Both the position numbers and the translations under genes were made by a program. 39,547 nt of DNA from Octopus bimaculoides (Eukaryota). Below the pieces are notes generated by a model. That model did not search any database. It had not been told where the DNA came from and saw nothing but the letters and a program-made list of their open reading frames with translations. Of this stretch, positions 1-11,461 are shown piece by piece. Numbering within the stretch: the first letter of the stretch is position 1; every line of letters starts with the position of its first letter. The stretch spans positions 149,703,683 to 149,743,229 of the forward strand of contig NC_068981.1 of NCBI RefSeq assembly GCF_001194135.2, read 5' to 3'.

Positions 1-216
1 CTACGTAAAATACTGTCTATGTGATCTCAAATTTTAAAGCAAACACATAATTTTCTTATGGTTTCTTAAACATTCACTTGAACAAAACTGTACAAATCCA
101 AATATATGGTACCCTAGGCATAACACCTACATGAACTTCTAACTTGTTGTCTCTTGAGGTCTCTGGGTGAGACTTGGATCCAACTTGTACAAATGCAAAA
201 CAAAAGTCAAACATAA

Positions 217-247
<31 letters not shown>
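1..247 (+). mobile_element. 3' end of R4/Dong-clade (RLE) non-LTR retrotransposon, copy A, with (AAT)n tail
   Basis: 1-24 reads LRKILSM*, the typical end after the GTAHILR motif of R4/Dong proteins. 89-227 matches 1849-1987 (about 10 differences in 139 nt). Ends in (AAT)n at ~218-247. Confidence 0.75.
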
Positions 248-553
248 GATAGAGAAATTAAAGCCAATAGGCTAGATATAGTTGTCAGAGATCATGGAGA
301 AAAAAAATGCTTTCTAATTGATTTATGAATACCAGCAGATGACAACGTTTCTTTAAAAGAAATGGAGAAACTTACAAAATACAAAGACCTGGAAATAGAG
401 GCAACTCGAATGTGGAATCTAAAAACAGAACCAACTCTTATCATAGTAGGCGTATTAGGTATAATAAAAAATATTCAGACAAATACATAACAAAAAAAAC
501 AAGACTTACAAGTATATATATAACATACAGAAAATTGCACTACTGGACACTGC
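248..553 (+). mobile_element. 5'-truncated R4/Dong-clade element, copy B: restriction-like endonuclease domain (decayed)
   Basis: Translates as DREIKANRLDIVVRDHGEKKCFLIDL*IPADDNVSLKEMEKLTKYKDLEIEATRMWNLKTEPTLIIVGVLG...IQKIALLDTA, matching the PD..D..KY RLE C-terminus of R4/Dong/Rex6. Starts directly in the (AAT)n tail of copy A. Confidence 0.85.
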
Positions 554-1844
554 CCGGGCCCATCGAACGGCTCCCGTCCCCTTATATCTTAGAGAACACG
601 CCTTGCTCTAACAACGCAACCTTCCTGCTTGTCATTGAAGAATTAATCAAGAGCCAATCTCTCCGCCAGCACGTCAGTCGCAATGCCACTCTTAAGCGCC
701 TCTTCTAGCCTTCTAGCTAGCTCTCCTTCCCTCTATCCTCCAAGTCTATTTTCTTACTAAATCCTACTGCTTCTACTCTTATAGCCCTTTTCATGATTAT
801 CCACCAACGGTTGTTGACGATTGCGCTTGATAACTTTCAATGGATTAACTTGCTAACCCGGTTTCTGAGTACTCCACGCACCGAGAAATACATGTTCAGA
901 TTCCACTTCCCAGCTCTGCTTATGGACCCTATCTAGATCGACTGTGCAAATCAGAAATTTGTGGTCTGTATACTCGAAGACTTTGAACTTCGAACTGTGG
1001 ACAACCTATGCTACTTGTTTCTCCTGACCTACAAAATACCCTATTTAAATACGATCTGGAAGACTCGGTGCTATTTTCCAATGTCCACATTGGCGCATTC
1101 GGTAAACCCAGTCGGTATCGCTCAGCTAACTGGAAACAATTGAGCAGTTTGTGAGTCTTTTGCACCCCACTCTCTTATCGGCTAGCCCTAACCTCTCCAG
1201 GCGTGCATCAAAATGGCGATTCAATCTGCGACTAGATTAAAAGAGCGAGATGTCCCAAGGAAAACTTCGAAATTCTGAAGAAATTTGTTTGCCCCGCCCC
1301 AGTTGATGCGTACACAGCAACTAGTCTGAAAGCACTACCTTCGCTGTTGCTCACATCTAGAACCACCAACTTACCTTCCGGGTCTAGGATGATCGTCTGT
1401 ACCTCGAGATCCTGGCCTTTCCTAAACAGTACAACGCCACCCCATTCTAGGCCGACTAAGAGTTGCGTAGATCCCATAATCGTCGAAAATGGGAGCTAGA
1501 TCGCGTATGTAGGAAATCCTGGTTTCGCTGACGGCCTTCACATCCATAGATAGTGACCTGAGGTTATTGACCAGGCGTCCCTGCTTCCAAGGCGACCCCA
1601 GGCCACGAATATTTACTCTAATTAATCCCATGCCAACCGGAAAGACCTGTGAAAAAGAAAAAGAGCGAGGTCACTTAGCCTGCCGGTGATGTTGGCAGTC
1701 GCATGACCTAGCCTCCAGATCTGGTTGGAGTTTCTCTGGAAAACTCCTTTAAAAATCCTTTGGAGGCTATTATATTCGGAGTTCCCACGTCGTGTGGGAA
1801 TACTCTAGCACCGAATGTTTTCGTTAGTTGTTAGTGGCATACGC
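554..1844 (-). mobile_element. Tx1/L1-clade LINE fragment (end of ORF1 region plus APE endonuclease half of ORF2), truncated at both ends
   Basis: ORF2 start at 1631 reads MGLIRVNIRGLGSPWKQGRL..SETR; then EGKLVVLDV..FRLVAVYA, PMWT, YTDHKF, and LEEALKSG..EGCVVRARR at the truncation. These are homologous to ORF2 of the element at 18942-23946. Many stops and frameshifts. Confidence 0.85.
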
Positions 1845-2013
1845 ACTATGTACAAAACCAAATATATGGCACTTTAGGCATAACACCAACATGAACTTCT
1901 AACTTGTTGTCTCTTGAGGGCTCTGGGTGAGACTTGGAGCCAACTTGTACTAATGTAAAGCAAAAGTCAAACATAAAATAATAATAACAAACAATAATGA
2001 TCATAATAATAAT
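1845..2013 (+). mobile_element. 3' UTR and degenerate (AAT)n tail of R4/Dong element (probable continuation of copy B)
   Basis: About 93% identical by eye to 89-227, followed by aataataacaaacaataatgatcataataataat. Confidence 0.8.
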
Positions 2014-2018
2014 AGAGC

Positions 2019-2225
2019 GAATAACAAGAGAACCACAGTGCATAACAGGAGGACCGCAATGAATAACAGTATGCCCGCAGCGAATAATAGGAGAAACGTA
2101 GCGAATAGCAGCGAATAGCAGCGAATAGCAGCGAATAACAGGGGGTCCACAACAAACAAGAAGCGAACTGCAGTGAATAACAAGAGGGCCGCAGCGAATA
2201 ACAAGAGGACCACAGTGAATAACAA
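2019..2225 (+). repeat. 21-bp minisatellite (consensus GAATAACAAGAGGACCGCAGY) with an embedded 3x 10-bp sub-array (GAATAGCAGC)
   Basis: About 8 degenerate 21-nt units read directly, e.g. gaataacaagagaaccacagt, gaataacaagagggccgcagc, gaataacaagaggaccacagt. Confidence 0.85.
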
Positions 2226-3819
2226 ACAGCATAGACGTGTGAAGGTAAGTTAAATATGGAACCATCACAAAGCAGGAATTAAGAATTCGCCAAAACAATG
2301 AAAGAAACGTATGTTTTAATGTAAGCCATCTCAGGAAATTGAATTATTATTATTATATGGAGTACATATTTACGAAAATAGCTTCCCTCAGATGCATCGT
2401 CACAGCAAAATATGCAAGAAAATGTAAACATGTGGGCTGCAGTGTCTCTATACAAAAACTGCGAAACCGTGAGTAAACTTTTAATCACATATGAATTCAT
2501 ATCTCTACAAATATTCTATACAGATAAACATTGCTGTTTCTTGGTTTCTCGCTAATGCATCAATAATAGTTATAAATTTTATACAAACCACAAATTGACG
2601 CGTAGATAACAAATACTGAACACACGGAGTTTAAATTTCTTTAACCAAAGAGGCGACAAACCTCATTCCTCTGAACTGGAAAGGAACAACTTTGATCAGT
2701 GTTCGGTAAAAAAAAGCTATAAATATAGAACAGAGAACAAATGAGAAAGTAATTGCAGTGAATTTCATCCAGTGAGCACTGGGCAATCACTATACGAAAG
2801 AAACTTCAAAACGTCCAGAGGCAGTGTTTTCTCAAGAAGTTAACGCCGCAAAGTCGGACCCATCTCTCAATGTCACTGACCAAAGAAATATCAAAACCAA
2901 AACGACCGATGGACAGATAACGACTGCAATGAAGTGTTATATGCACTCTACACTACAACACTCCCCCAAACATACAAAAATAACCTCATACAGTAAATAC
3001 CGAAATGAAATTAACCCTCTTCCCCACAACATATGCCATAGAGGTCCGATACCCATCAGGAAGAACACAAACAACAAACAATACAAATGCTAATAAGACA
3101 GAAGGCTTAAATGAAACCCCATAGCAAAACATTCTGGTGCAATACAATGCTCTCCAAACTGGAAAAAATGCCGCACACATCTCACCAGCAAGTGATGCAA
3201 TAGAACGTTAATGTTTGCTAGTTCCAGTAGGTGGGTTATTGAACTATTGTTACATTTTGTTATTATTAATGCGGTACATATGCTGCTCTAAAGACTCTCT
3301 AAGACTCTTTAGATGCTTATATGCTTATAAATGCACTTTTTCACAATGCAGTAGCAATGAATTTGAGTAACCGTGAACCTAATTAATGATCATAATTCGC
3401 CTTAAGGTATGGATGAATTAAATTTAGCTGTAACTTCCCCATTCTTATAAACACTAAGTAGCTATTTAATTCGCTATGTGAACATATGTGCGCCAAACCA
3501 CACCTCTGTGTATGCTTATATATTTTATGCGCGAGAGTACATGTGCCATACAACCTACGCGAGGGCGTTTATATATCCATATCCGTAAACGGTTATGTTT
3601 AATATTGTTTTCCATGTATTGTGTATTCGTTTCTTTTCTGCACCGTTATTTGTTTTATTGATCTAAATAAATGAATCTATATTTTTTTAATTTGCTGCTT
3701 TTCTTTACACGATCTAAGGAGATATCTTACATAACTGTTATTTTAACGAGTTTTATTTAGCACCCAAAGAGACACATCTACACCGTCGGATGCTTCTGAT
3801 CCAGTTCTTAAGTATCTTA

Positions 3820-3901
3820 CTCGTGAGGGATCGATGCTAGATGGGTCGAAACAATTGTAGTGATTAATAAAAATTCTAGTATCTTCTATCTTCCGTCTCT
3901 C
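3820..3901 (+). repeat. Dispersed repeat (second copy at 28102-28181) with a degenerate hammerhead-like motif; probable Penelope-type terminal repeat remnant
   Basis: gagggatcgatgctagatgggtcgaaacaattgtagtgattaataaaaattctagtatcttctatcttccgtct aligns to 28107-28178. Contains GAAAC-AATT-GTA. Confidence 0.5.
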
Positions 3902-3932
3902 TCATTAAGCAAATACACAGCGAACGCAGTGA

Positions 3933-3971
3933 AAGTGTGTGTGTGTGTTCGTATGTGTGTGTGTGTTTGTG

Positions 3972-4017
<46 letters not shown>

Positions 4018-4027
4018 CGTGTGTGTA
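3933..4027. repeat. (GT)n microsatellite, interrupted
   Basis: Directly visible. Confidence 0.95.
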
Positions 4028-5467
4028 TTACAAACAAGGAATTAACAAAATAGAATTTGAATTCGGATATTGATAAAGTAATAAAAATATATCAATTTTA
4101 AAACAAAGACACTACAAGTTCATCGATGTCACCTTATAGCTATGCACAGTCATAAACACACATATAGTTCATCTATGAACATATGTATTCTGTTTCTGCT
4201 TGTACGAAGTAAAAACAGTGAAGAAGCAGTGAACAAAGAAAAAACATAAAGTTATTTCTATATTTTATGGTTTGCCATATGTAAAATTCGAAGTAAAAAC
4301 ACTTATATAAATAATTAATTGTTCTGTTGTGAACTTTTTTTTTGAATATTTGATGATATTGTTATATACACACATTCGCACGTATTTCTTCGTAATCAAA
4401 TTCTTTTACACTCACACAAATACAAATGCACACTCGTACATGTGTGTGTGTGTGTGTGAATGTGAGAGGCGGATACATAAATGCACACATGCATACATAC
4501 ATCCATACATACATACATCCATAAATATGCATATGACACTAGCATATACGTTGAAATCTCTTAAAATCGTCTTGTATATTCAATGGCACAGAACCTGATA
4601 TTTGCTGCATTATATTTCCCATACAATAGATCAATCATCGTACTCAGCCACATTCCGCATTATTGTCACAATACAAATGATCTACGAACGCATACAACCA
4701 TATTCAAGATTACATTTGCCAAGACATCAGATATATCACCACATATAACAACATTTACTACAGTGTTGTCAATAAAAATAAATCTGCCTCATCATCCATC
4801 AACATTCAGTATTTTATGCTTAACATTATAGATCCGTCATCACATCTCACATCAACCACTTCAGTGTTAATGCAATATACTTCTAATAACAACACTAACC
4901 GCAATATTGTCAAGACTATAGGCCTATCACCAGTTGCAGCAAAGCATGATACAAGAACAGAAAAGGAGACATGCTCATTTTCCAGCAAGACGATGAGTAG
5001 GGACACATCAAAACTCGAAAAATGCTTCGGTGGCATAAAGATAACAAACATACATTGAAAAGACTTAGCAGCTGAAAGAGTTATTTGCTAACATGTATGA
5101 CTGTTTCTACTAACTTCGTTAAATTCCCGCTTCAGTGAGGCAGTTTATAACACATCGAATGCTTAAGAAAACGTCAATTGAAGTTATTTCGTATATAACT
5201 ATTTCTCTAATATGCACACATTCCAAAATATGAAAGACTAATCGCTAACATCATTACCAAACATACACACCTCTTCTCAAGATCACAATTAAGATTCAGA
5301 CCACAATACACAGCCATCACAGTGATCAGGACTTAATTCAACGAATATATGATGGCGAAAGCATCAAAAGTCCACCCACATTAACCATTTCAACCAACAT
5401 CAATACAGTGAAAGATGCTCCCAAGTCCATCTCCCATTTTGCATTTATACAAAAATACTCAACGCCA

Positions 5468-5470
<3 letters not shown>

Positions 5471-5551
<81 letters not shown>
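5471..5551. repeat. (TG)n microsatellite, about 40 units
   Basis: Directly visible. Confidence 0.97.
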
Positions 5552-5553
<2 letters not shown>

Positions 5554-6985
5554 CTACTGCTTACGTGCCTTTGCTTATGGCAGACCATCAAAAATGATTA
5601 TAGTAACGGTCGAAGACATTCATCCTCCCTCGCCTCTAGTACATTGTTTCTCATGGGAGCGTATGCAGCTAACAAGAGCGATACGAGATTCTGTGGCCCT
5701 GAGAGCACTGAGAGTGATCCCGAACAATAGCATCGTTGGGTTGAATACGACGTCACCTCCTCTCTTCATACATTCGGTTTCAAAGTGCTCTACTCCAGTA
5801 TCACACACAAACCTCCAAGCCCCCAGATTAAGAGCCAACCGATTGGGAGGGACACCACATAAAATTATATATTACTTGATACGACCATGAAGATGAAGTT
5901 ATGGACGTCCATGTCTTGATCACACATTCGCTACTAGTTAATTTTACCAACCCAGTCGAAAGCGACCGAAATGATCTAATCATATTTAGATGAGAATTTC
6001 AGCGCAAATTTTCTTATAAATTCGTGAAAACACGTGATTTCACCATGTACACATTTGAGCTACACTGTCTGAAGTTTATCCACATACTTGTAAGAAAGTT
6101 AGAAATTTGAGCATTTTTAGGAAAATCCTATGTATTTGCGCGCGCGCGCGTTTGTAAATAGGAGTTGTTGTCTGGTAAGAAGTATGCGTCCCAACCACAG
6201 CTCGAATAAATTTTGGTTAAAAACACAGTAACGAAAGGAGCTTAAACTACGACATAGAAAAGAAAGATAAATTCTGAGCTGTGTGCCAAAATCTCTGTGA
6301 AAGCAGTTTAAAATCCACACTTGATGGGATTTTAAATTTATTTCTTTCCGCTGTGCGACTGCTTTCGCTTTTAAATGTACATCTCCCATTCTCACCACAA
6401 CCCCTCCCTGTTTTATTATCATTACCATCATCATCATCTTCATCATCATATCCTTCTTCATAATTCTCTGACATAGTTAAAACATTTTTAGCCAAGTCTG
6501 AAAACATCATAAAACAAGATGGCTACTAAATTAGAAATTTACTTGTTAGCAGAAATCTCTCATTTTGTATTGTACTACTTAAACTTACATCGATCGATAA
6601 ATGCTAATTACATGTTTCTTTTCAAAGTCGATTTACAGAATAAGTTGTTGTTCTATAACCGCAGGTCAACCAGATTAATACTGTTCAAATAATGACTATT
6701 CTGTCATTATTTTAAATTGATTTATAATTGATTTTAATAAACTACAGAAAGATTAAGTGCAAAATTTATTAACCATACAAACATACATTGATATACATAC
6801 AGCAATACATATAGCAATGCCGAAATTCTTCAACATATCTTTAATGATTTGCCTTCTTAATAAATATATATATANNNNNNNNNNNNNNNNNNNNNNNNNN
6901 NNNNNNNNNNNNNNNNNNNNNNNNNNNNNNNNNNNNNNNNNNNNNNNNNNNNNNNNNNNNNNNNNNNNNNNNNNNNNNNNNTATA

Positions 6986-8161
6986 CCGGGTGGGTAAGAT
7001 ATTTGATGACATACCTTATTTTGATCATTGCTGCATTTTTTTGTATAATTTTTTTTTTCAGAAAATAATACTGGCAGACCCTCAGCTTACTCAAGAAATG
7101 AAGAGGCATGCTGTTATCATGGTTATAAACGCTGAACATACCGATTTAGAAATATCTTTATTTTTAAAAGTTGGCATACCTTTCGTCTACAAAGTTTGTA
7201 AGGAGCTAGAGACTGAAGATGGAAACGTATCACCAGTATCAAAGCATAAAAAATATTCTAAACGCTCTGAGATCATCAGAACACCTGAATTTATCCCACA
7301 AGTTCAACAGATTACAATCCCAGAAAGATCATAATGTCAATTGCAAAAGACCTCCATGTGTCAGAAAAAACAGTTGGAAATGTTGTCCATGAAGATATCA
7401 GATATAAGTTTTATATGATGATGAAAGGTCAATTTGTCCGAAAAAGGAAAAGAAGATCACTACATCAGATTTAAAAGGGTTTTAAATAAACTGAAAAATC
7501 CAGCAGAAGAAGATTTAATTTGGTTTTTCTCAAACAAGAAAAACTTCAACAAAGATCAAAAAGTTATCATAAGAAATAACAGATGGATATGTGCTGACCC
7601 TTCTGAAGTTCCAAGTGTTATGCATACAAAATTTCCTGTAACTGTCACTGTTTTAGGGGTTGTTAGCAATGAAAGACATGTGATGCCTCCTTACTTCTTT
7701 CCACAATGCCTTAGATTTAATTCTGCAGCCTACATTGAGGTCCTGGAAATAATTCTTAAGCCCTGGATAGACAGTGTATGCAATGGAAGGCCATATGTGT
7801 TTCAGTAAGACTCTTCACTATCACACATGACTCTAGTAACACAGGAATGGATGGCTGAAAATGTTCATGATCACATAACCTCTAACATTTGGCCTCCTAA
7901 TTCTCCCGATCTCAATCCATTAGACTATCATATGTGGAGCGTCGTTGAGAAAGTGGTCAATGAACACGCCCATAACACCAAAGATTCTTTGAAAGCTGCC
8001 ATTGTCAGATTAATGTCCGAAATGAACCAGGGCCACTTGATTCGAGTATGCAGGAAGGTCGTTTTAATGAAAACATTATAGCATTTTTTGATGAATAAAG
8101 TTATATATATCTGTTTTTTTTCACGGACATAAATCTGTCCTCAAATATCTTACGCATCATA
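6986..8161 (+). mobile_element. maT/DD37D (IS630-Tc1-mariner) DNA transposon, full-length but decayed
   Basis: Left TIR ccgggtgggtaagatatttgatgaca (6986-7011) against right TIR 8136-8161 (rc tatgatgcgtaagatatttgaggaca); inner 18 nt match 17/18. TA lies outside both ends. Transposase motifs inside. Confidence 0.88.
7098..8081 (+). pseudogene. DD37D transposase pseudogene
   Basis: WFFSNKKNF..DQK..N.RW, TKFPVTVTVLGVVS, RPYVFQ*DS.LSH, WPPNSPDLNPLDY. 37 residues separate the second and third Asp. Frameshifts and stops present. Confidence 0.9.
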
Positions 8162-8205
8162 TATATACACACACACATATATATATATATATATANNNNN
8201 NNNNN

Positions 8206-8350
8206 GTGTGTGTGTGTGTGGATGCTTGTGTGTCTGCGTTTGTTCCCCAGCATCGCTTGACAACCGATTTGGTGCGTTTATGTCCCCGTAAATTAGCGGT
8301 TTGTCAAAAAGTGACCGATAGAATAAGTACTAGGCTTACAAAGAATAAGT
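8206..8350 (+). mobile_element. 3' part of a tRNA-derived SINE (5' part in N gap)
   Basis: cgcttgacaaccga..gtccccgtaaattagcggtt..accgatagaataagtactaggcttacaaagaataag is homologous to 36505-36600 in this window. Confidence 0.7.
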
Positions 8351-8374
8351 ACATACATACATACATACATTTTT

Positions 8375-8562
8375 TATCCCTTATTCGTTTCAGTCATTTG
8401 ACTGCGGCTAAGCTGAGGCACAGCCTTGAAGGGCTTTAGTCGAACAAATCGATCCTAAAACTTATCAGCCGGCCTGAGACTATAGTAGAAGACATTTGAT
8501 CAAGGGGCCACACAGTGGGACTGAAACCGAAACCGAAACCATGTGGTTGGGAAGCAACGCCT
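8375..8562 (-). mobile_element. SINE with internal deletion (tRNA-like head joined to 3' end)
   Basis: The rc contains ttgcttcccaaccacatggtttcgg..tcagtcccactg..tgtcttctactatag, like the head at 31443-31530. It joins gatcgatttgttcgactaaa..gcagtcaaatgactgaaac, like 36605-36662. Confidence 0.7.
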
Positions 8563-9829
8563 TCGTATTTATATGTTAATATATTTATATTTATCTCTAT
8601 GCGCTTAAGAAGTCATTAGTATTGCTTACACCCAATGCATTGCATATTTAAACTCGTGTTCAGTAGATTCTAGAGAATTTCTCAATATTAAGTAAATTTT
8701 AACTATATTGAAGCAATGTAATTAAGAAGATAAATAAATATATATTTTATATAATTAAATAAGCATCAAATGATATCTTTATATTTTCATGTATATTCAA
8801 ACAGAATGCAACTAAACAATTTTCGAAAACAATGTTTGAAATGATGCATTTCCATACTCTTCGCAAAAACACACGTTTAGATATAACATTACAATGATGT
8901 TGTGTAATATAAATATGATGCTCAAAACGCATTGTAAGCATGAAATATCATAAGAGTAGAATATATATATCAGCTTTATACCGAATCAGTACTGCGGGCA
9001 TTCGTGAAAGATATGCGAAAGATAAATGGAATAGCTGAATAAGAGAATAACAATACATGTTACAGTAATTTGAAATACACATTAAAGTTATTAGTATACT
9101 AAAGGAACAGTTAATAAGTCATAATAACAACTATTAAACAACTGAAAGGTATTGGAAAAAATGGCGCTGTAAGCAACGTGGTGATTGAAAGAGAATTAAG
9201 CATGACGTTTGCAGAATACGCTAGATCAAGAAACAATTTTGCATTCGCACAGCAAAGATTGAAACAAACGAAAGAATTTTAAACAGGATATTTATGTCGT
9301 GAGGTGTCTAATATAAATTTTTAGTCGATTGTTGAGTAGCAAGAATCAACTTGAGTAGAAGCTGATAAATATTTAAAACATTAAAAACTAAAAGTTAAGG
9401 ATGTGAAGGAAACTCAAAATAACTATATTGTAAAAATAACAAAAACTTCTCAGTATCAGGAAGAAAGCATCACTGCATAAACTCTGTTTTTATCTTCTCG
9501 GTAACAGAAGGTGCTAAAGTCGGTGTTTGCCAAAGTAGTGTAGACAGGATTGTTGCTAAATCTTATTTCTTGCGATATACTCTTCAATGTAACAATTCTA
9601 CTCTCTTATTCCCAATCTTTCTCTTCGTATCTCAGACTCTATATTGCTCTTTCTCACAAACATAAAACATATTCGTTGGCATAGTTAGCTGTGCCACTGT
9701 AGAAGTGATGAAGAAATAACGCACTCTCAGACGCATAATTGTCTTTCTTTGAGAGTGCGTGTATTCCTTTACACGTTAAACATACAATATTACACTACAA
9801 CAGTTTCGTGCCCATTTTACCTTGTGTAG

Positions 9830-9937
9830 AGATAGTGAGAGTGGGAGTAGATAGCGGTGTATGGAATTCAGCGTTTCACGCATTCCGCATCACTAGAACG
9901 TTCGATTATCTGCGCGAAACTCGAGCGTTTAAGAACA
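9830..9937 (+). CDS. Candidate internal coding exon (phase 1-1, 108 nt): (E)IVRVGVDSGVWNSAFHAFRITRTFDYLRETRAFKN
   Basis: Acceptor ccattttaccttgtgtAG and consensus donor ACA|GTGAGT. Only one frame is open and it is symmetric. GC is visibly higher than the flanks. The peptide resembles an S3-S4 voltage-sensor segment (inference). Confidence 0.45.
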
Positions 9938-11461
9938 GTGAGTTTGAGTTCTGTAGATCTTAAAACTTTATCTGATATTTTGTGAACTTAGCTATTTTCA
10001 AATGAGAGTAGCACATTTTAAATTAGATCGAGCTAATATTTTGTTTTGTATAAGGCATTATGAAGGTGACACCAAGAAAGAGGTTTGCCAGCTGAATACT
10101 AAATTTCTTAAATAAAACTTACTTGAAAATATTGTTACAGTTTCACTTACATTTCAAAGATCAATTCTCTCTACACGTTGGAAAAGCGCCATGAAATTAG
10201 TCCTTTTACTCTGCCAAATTTATAAATCCATATATAGATAAGTTTTGTTTAAGAAGTTCACGCCATCGAATAATACACTTTCTGTAATACACTTTCTTCA
10301 GTTTTATTCCAGTATAATGCCAAACTGTGCTTTAGAGCGGTTTGGAGAGAATCTGAACTCATAGAGAGATACAGTTTGTTATGGCATTTAATTTATCTCC
10401 AACTTTAAATCTAAATCGCCAACTTCATTCGTATGTCAGTTGTAAGATTCTGTCATTACTAAAATAGCCTTTGAACATTATATAATGCCTATTAATAACC
10501 TAAATGCGATATAAATTTCATCATTCAACAAAGGTAGCTCTTTTTAAATAACTATTGTGGCTAACATCTAAAAATAACACTTCTTAACCATAAACATATT
10601 AGAATCCCCCTGTTAAAAGTTTTAGCAATTAACTGAGTATGAGGTTTATCTAAAAAAGAAACTTAGGAACATAAGAAAAAATGATTGTAGACATAAAAAT
10701 AATATTATTGTACGTTATTTCAATACATCAGAAAATATAAATAATCGAATAAAACAAAACTTACTAAAACAAGTTTCCGTTTGCTAGTATAAGCGTTAAA
10801 GATAAGACCAAAAAAAAAAAAAATTCCAGCACTAAATTATGAATTTGAATGAGCCAGATTTCTTATTGACTTTCAAGATTTCAGGTTAAAATTAAAAACA
10901 AATTAATATATAAATATCAAATATGTATGTGTGTATATATGTGTGTATGTTAGTAGTGTAAGAATTTACATACGCTGAGTGAAAATTAAATTAAATAAAA
11001 CAATAGATTTCAATCCCGCTACTCTGAATTATTAGCATTTGTAGAATTGTTTGTTTTCTTTATTAATGTTCATCGAAGCCCTGTAATAAGATTGATATGA
11101 GAAGATATCACTTTCATATAAATTCTATTTTATTATGAATTTGCATATGTTTGCTTCTTTCTATAAATCTATTTATCCATCTATCTTCATGTATATCGAT
11201 CAACGACTAAAAATACAACACGCTTAAAAGAATATTTGCGTTATATATGACAGACAACCATTAGCAAAATTAGAAGACTGGTGCAGGCCATATAGAGTGA
11301 CAAGGAAGTTTCCATCACAAAAATTAAATGGTGGGTTCAGTATCGCTACACTGCATCTTGAACAGGTTGTTATTAGCATATGTCTGAGGTCGGGCCAAGC
11401 TCTGTGCATAAAATTGGGTAGATAGAAATTGTTTTGAAACGCATTATATACACTGTACACA

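Noticed and set aside
1846-2298. 150-aa minus-strand ORF with CGPLVIR-like repeats; also considered as a CRISPR-like array
   Set aside because: The ORF is a by-product of the 21-bp minisatellite. Units are contiguous with no unique spacers, there are no cas genes, and the context is eukaryotic.
5640-5890. RAIRDSVALRALRVIP S4-like pattern in ORF 5408-5890
   Set aside because: There is no usable donor site, the ORF includes a (TG)n run, and it is too close to the 9830 candidate to be another channel domain without intervening exons. Likely chance.
6247-6510. Minus-strand acidic ORF or 72-nt exon candidate (6426-6497; LAKNVLTMSENYEEGYDDEDDDD)
   Set aside because: The acidic run is explained by an (ATC)n microsatellite, and there is no recognisable domain or partner exon. 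Not excluded without RNA data.
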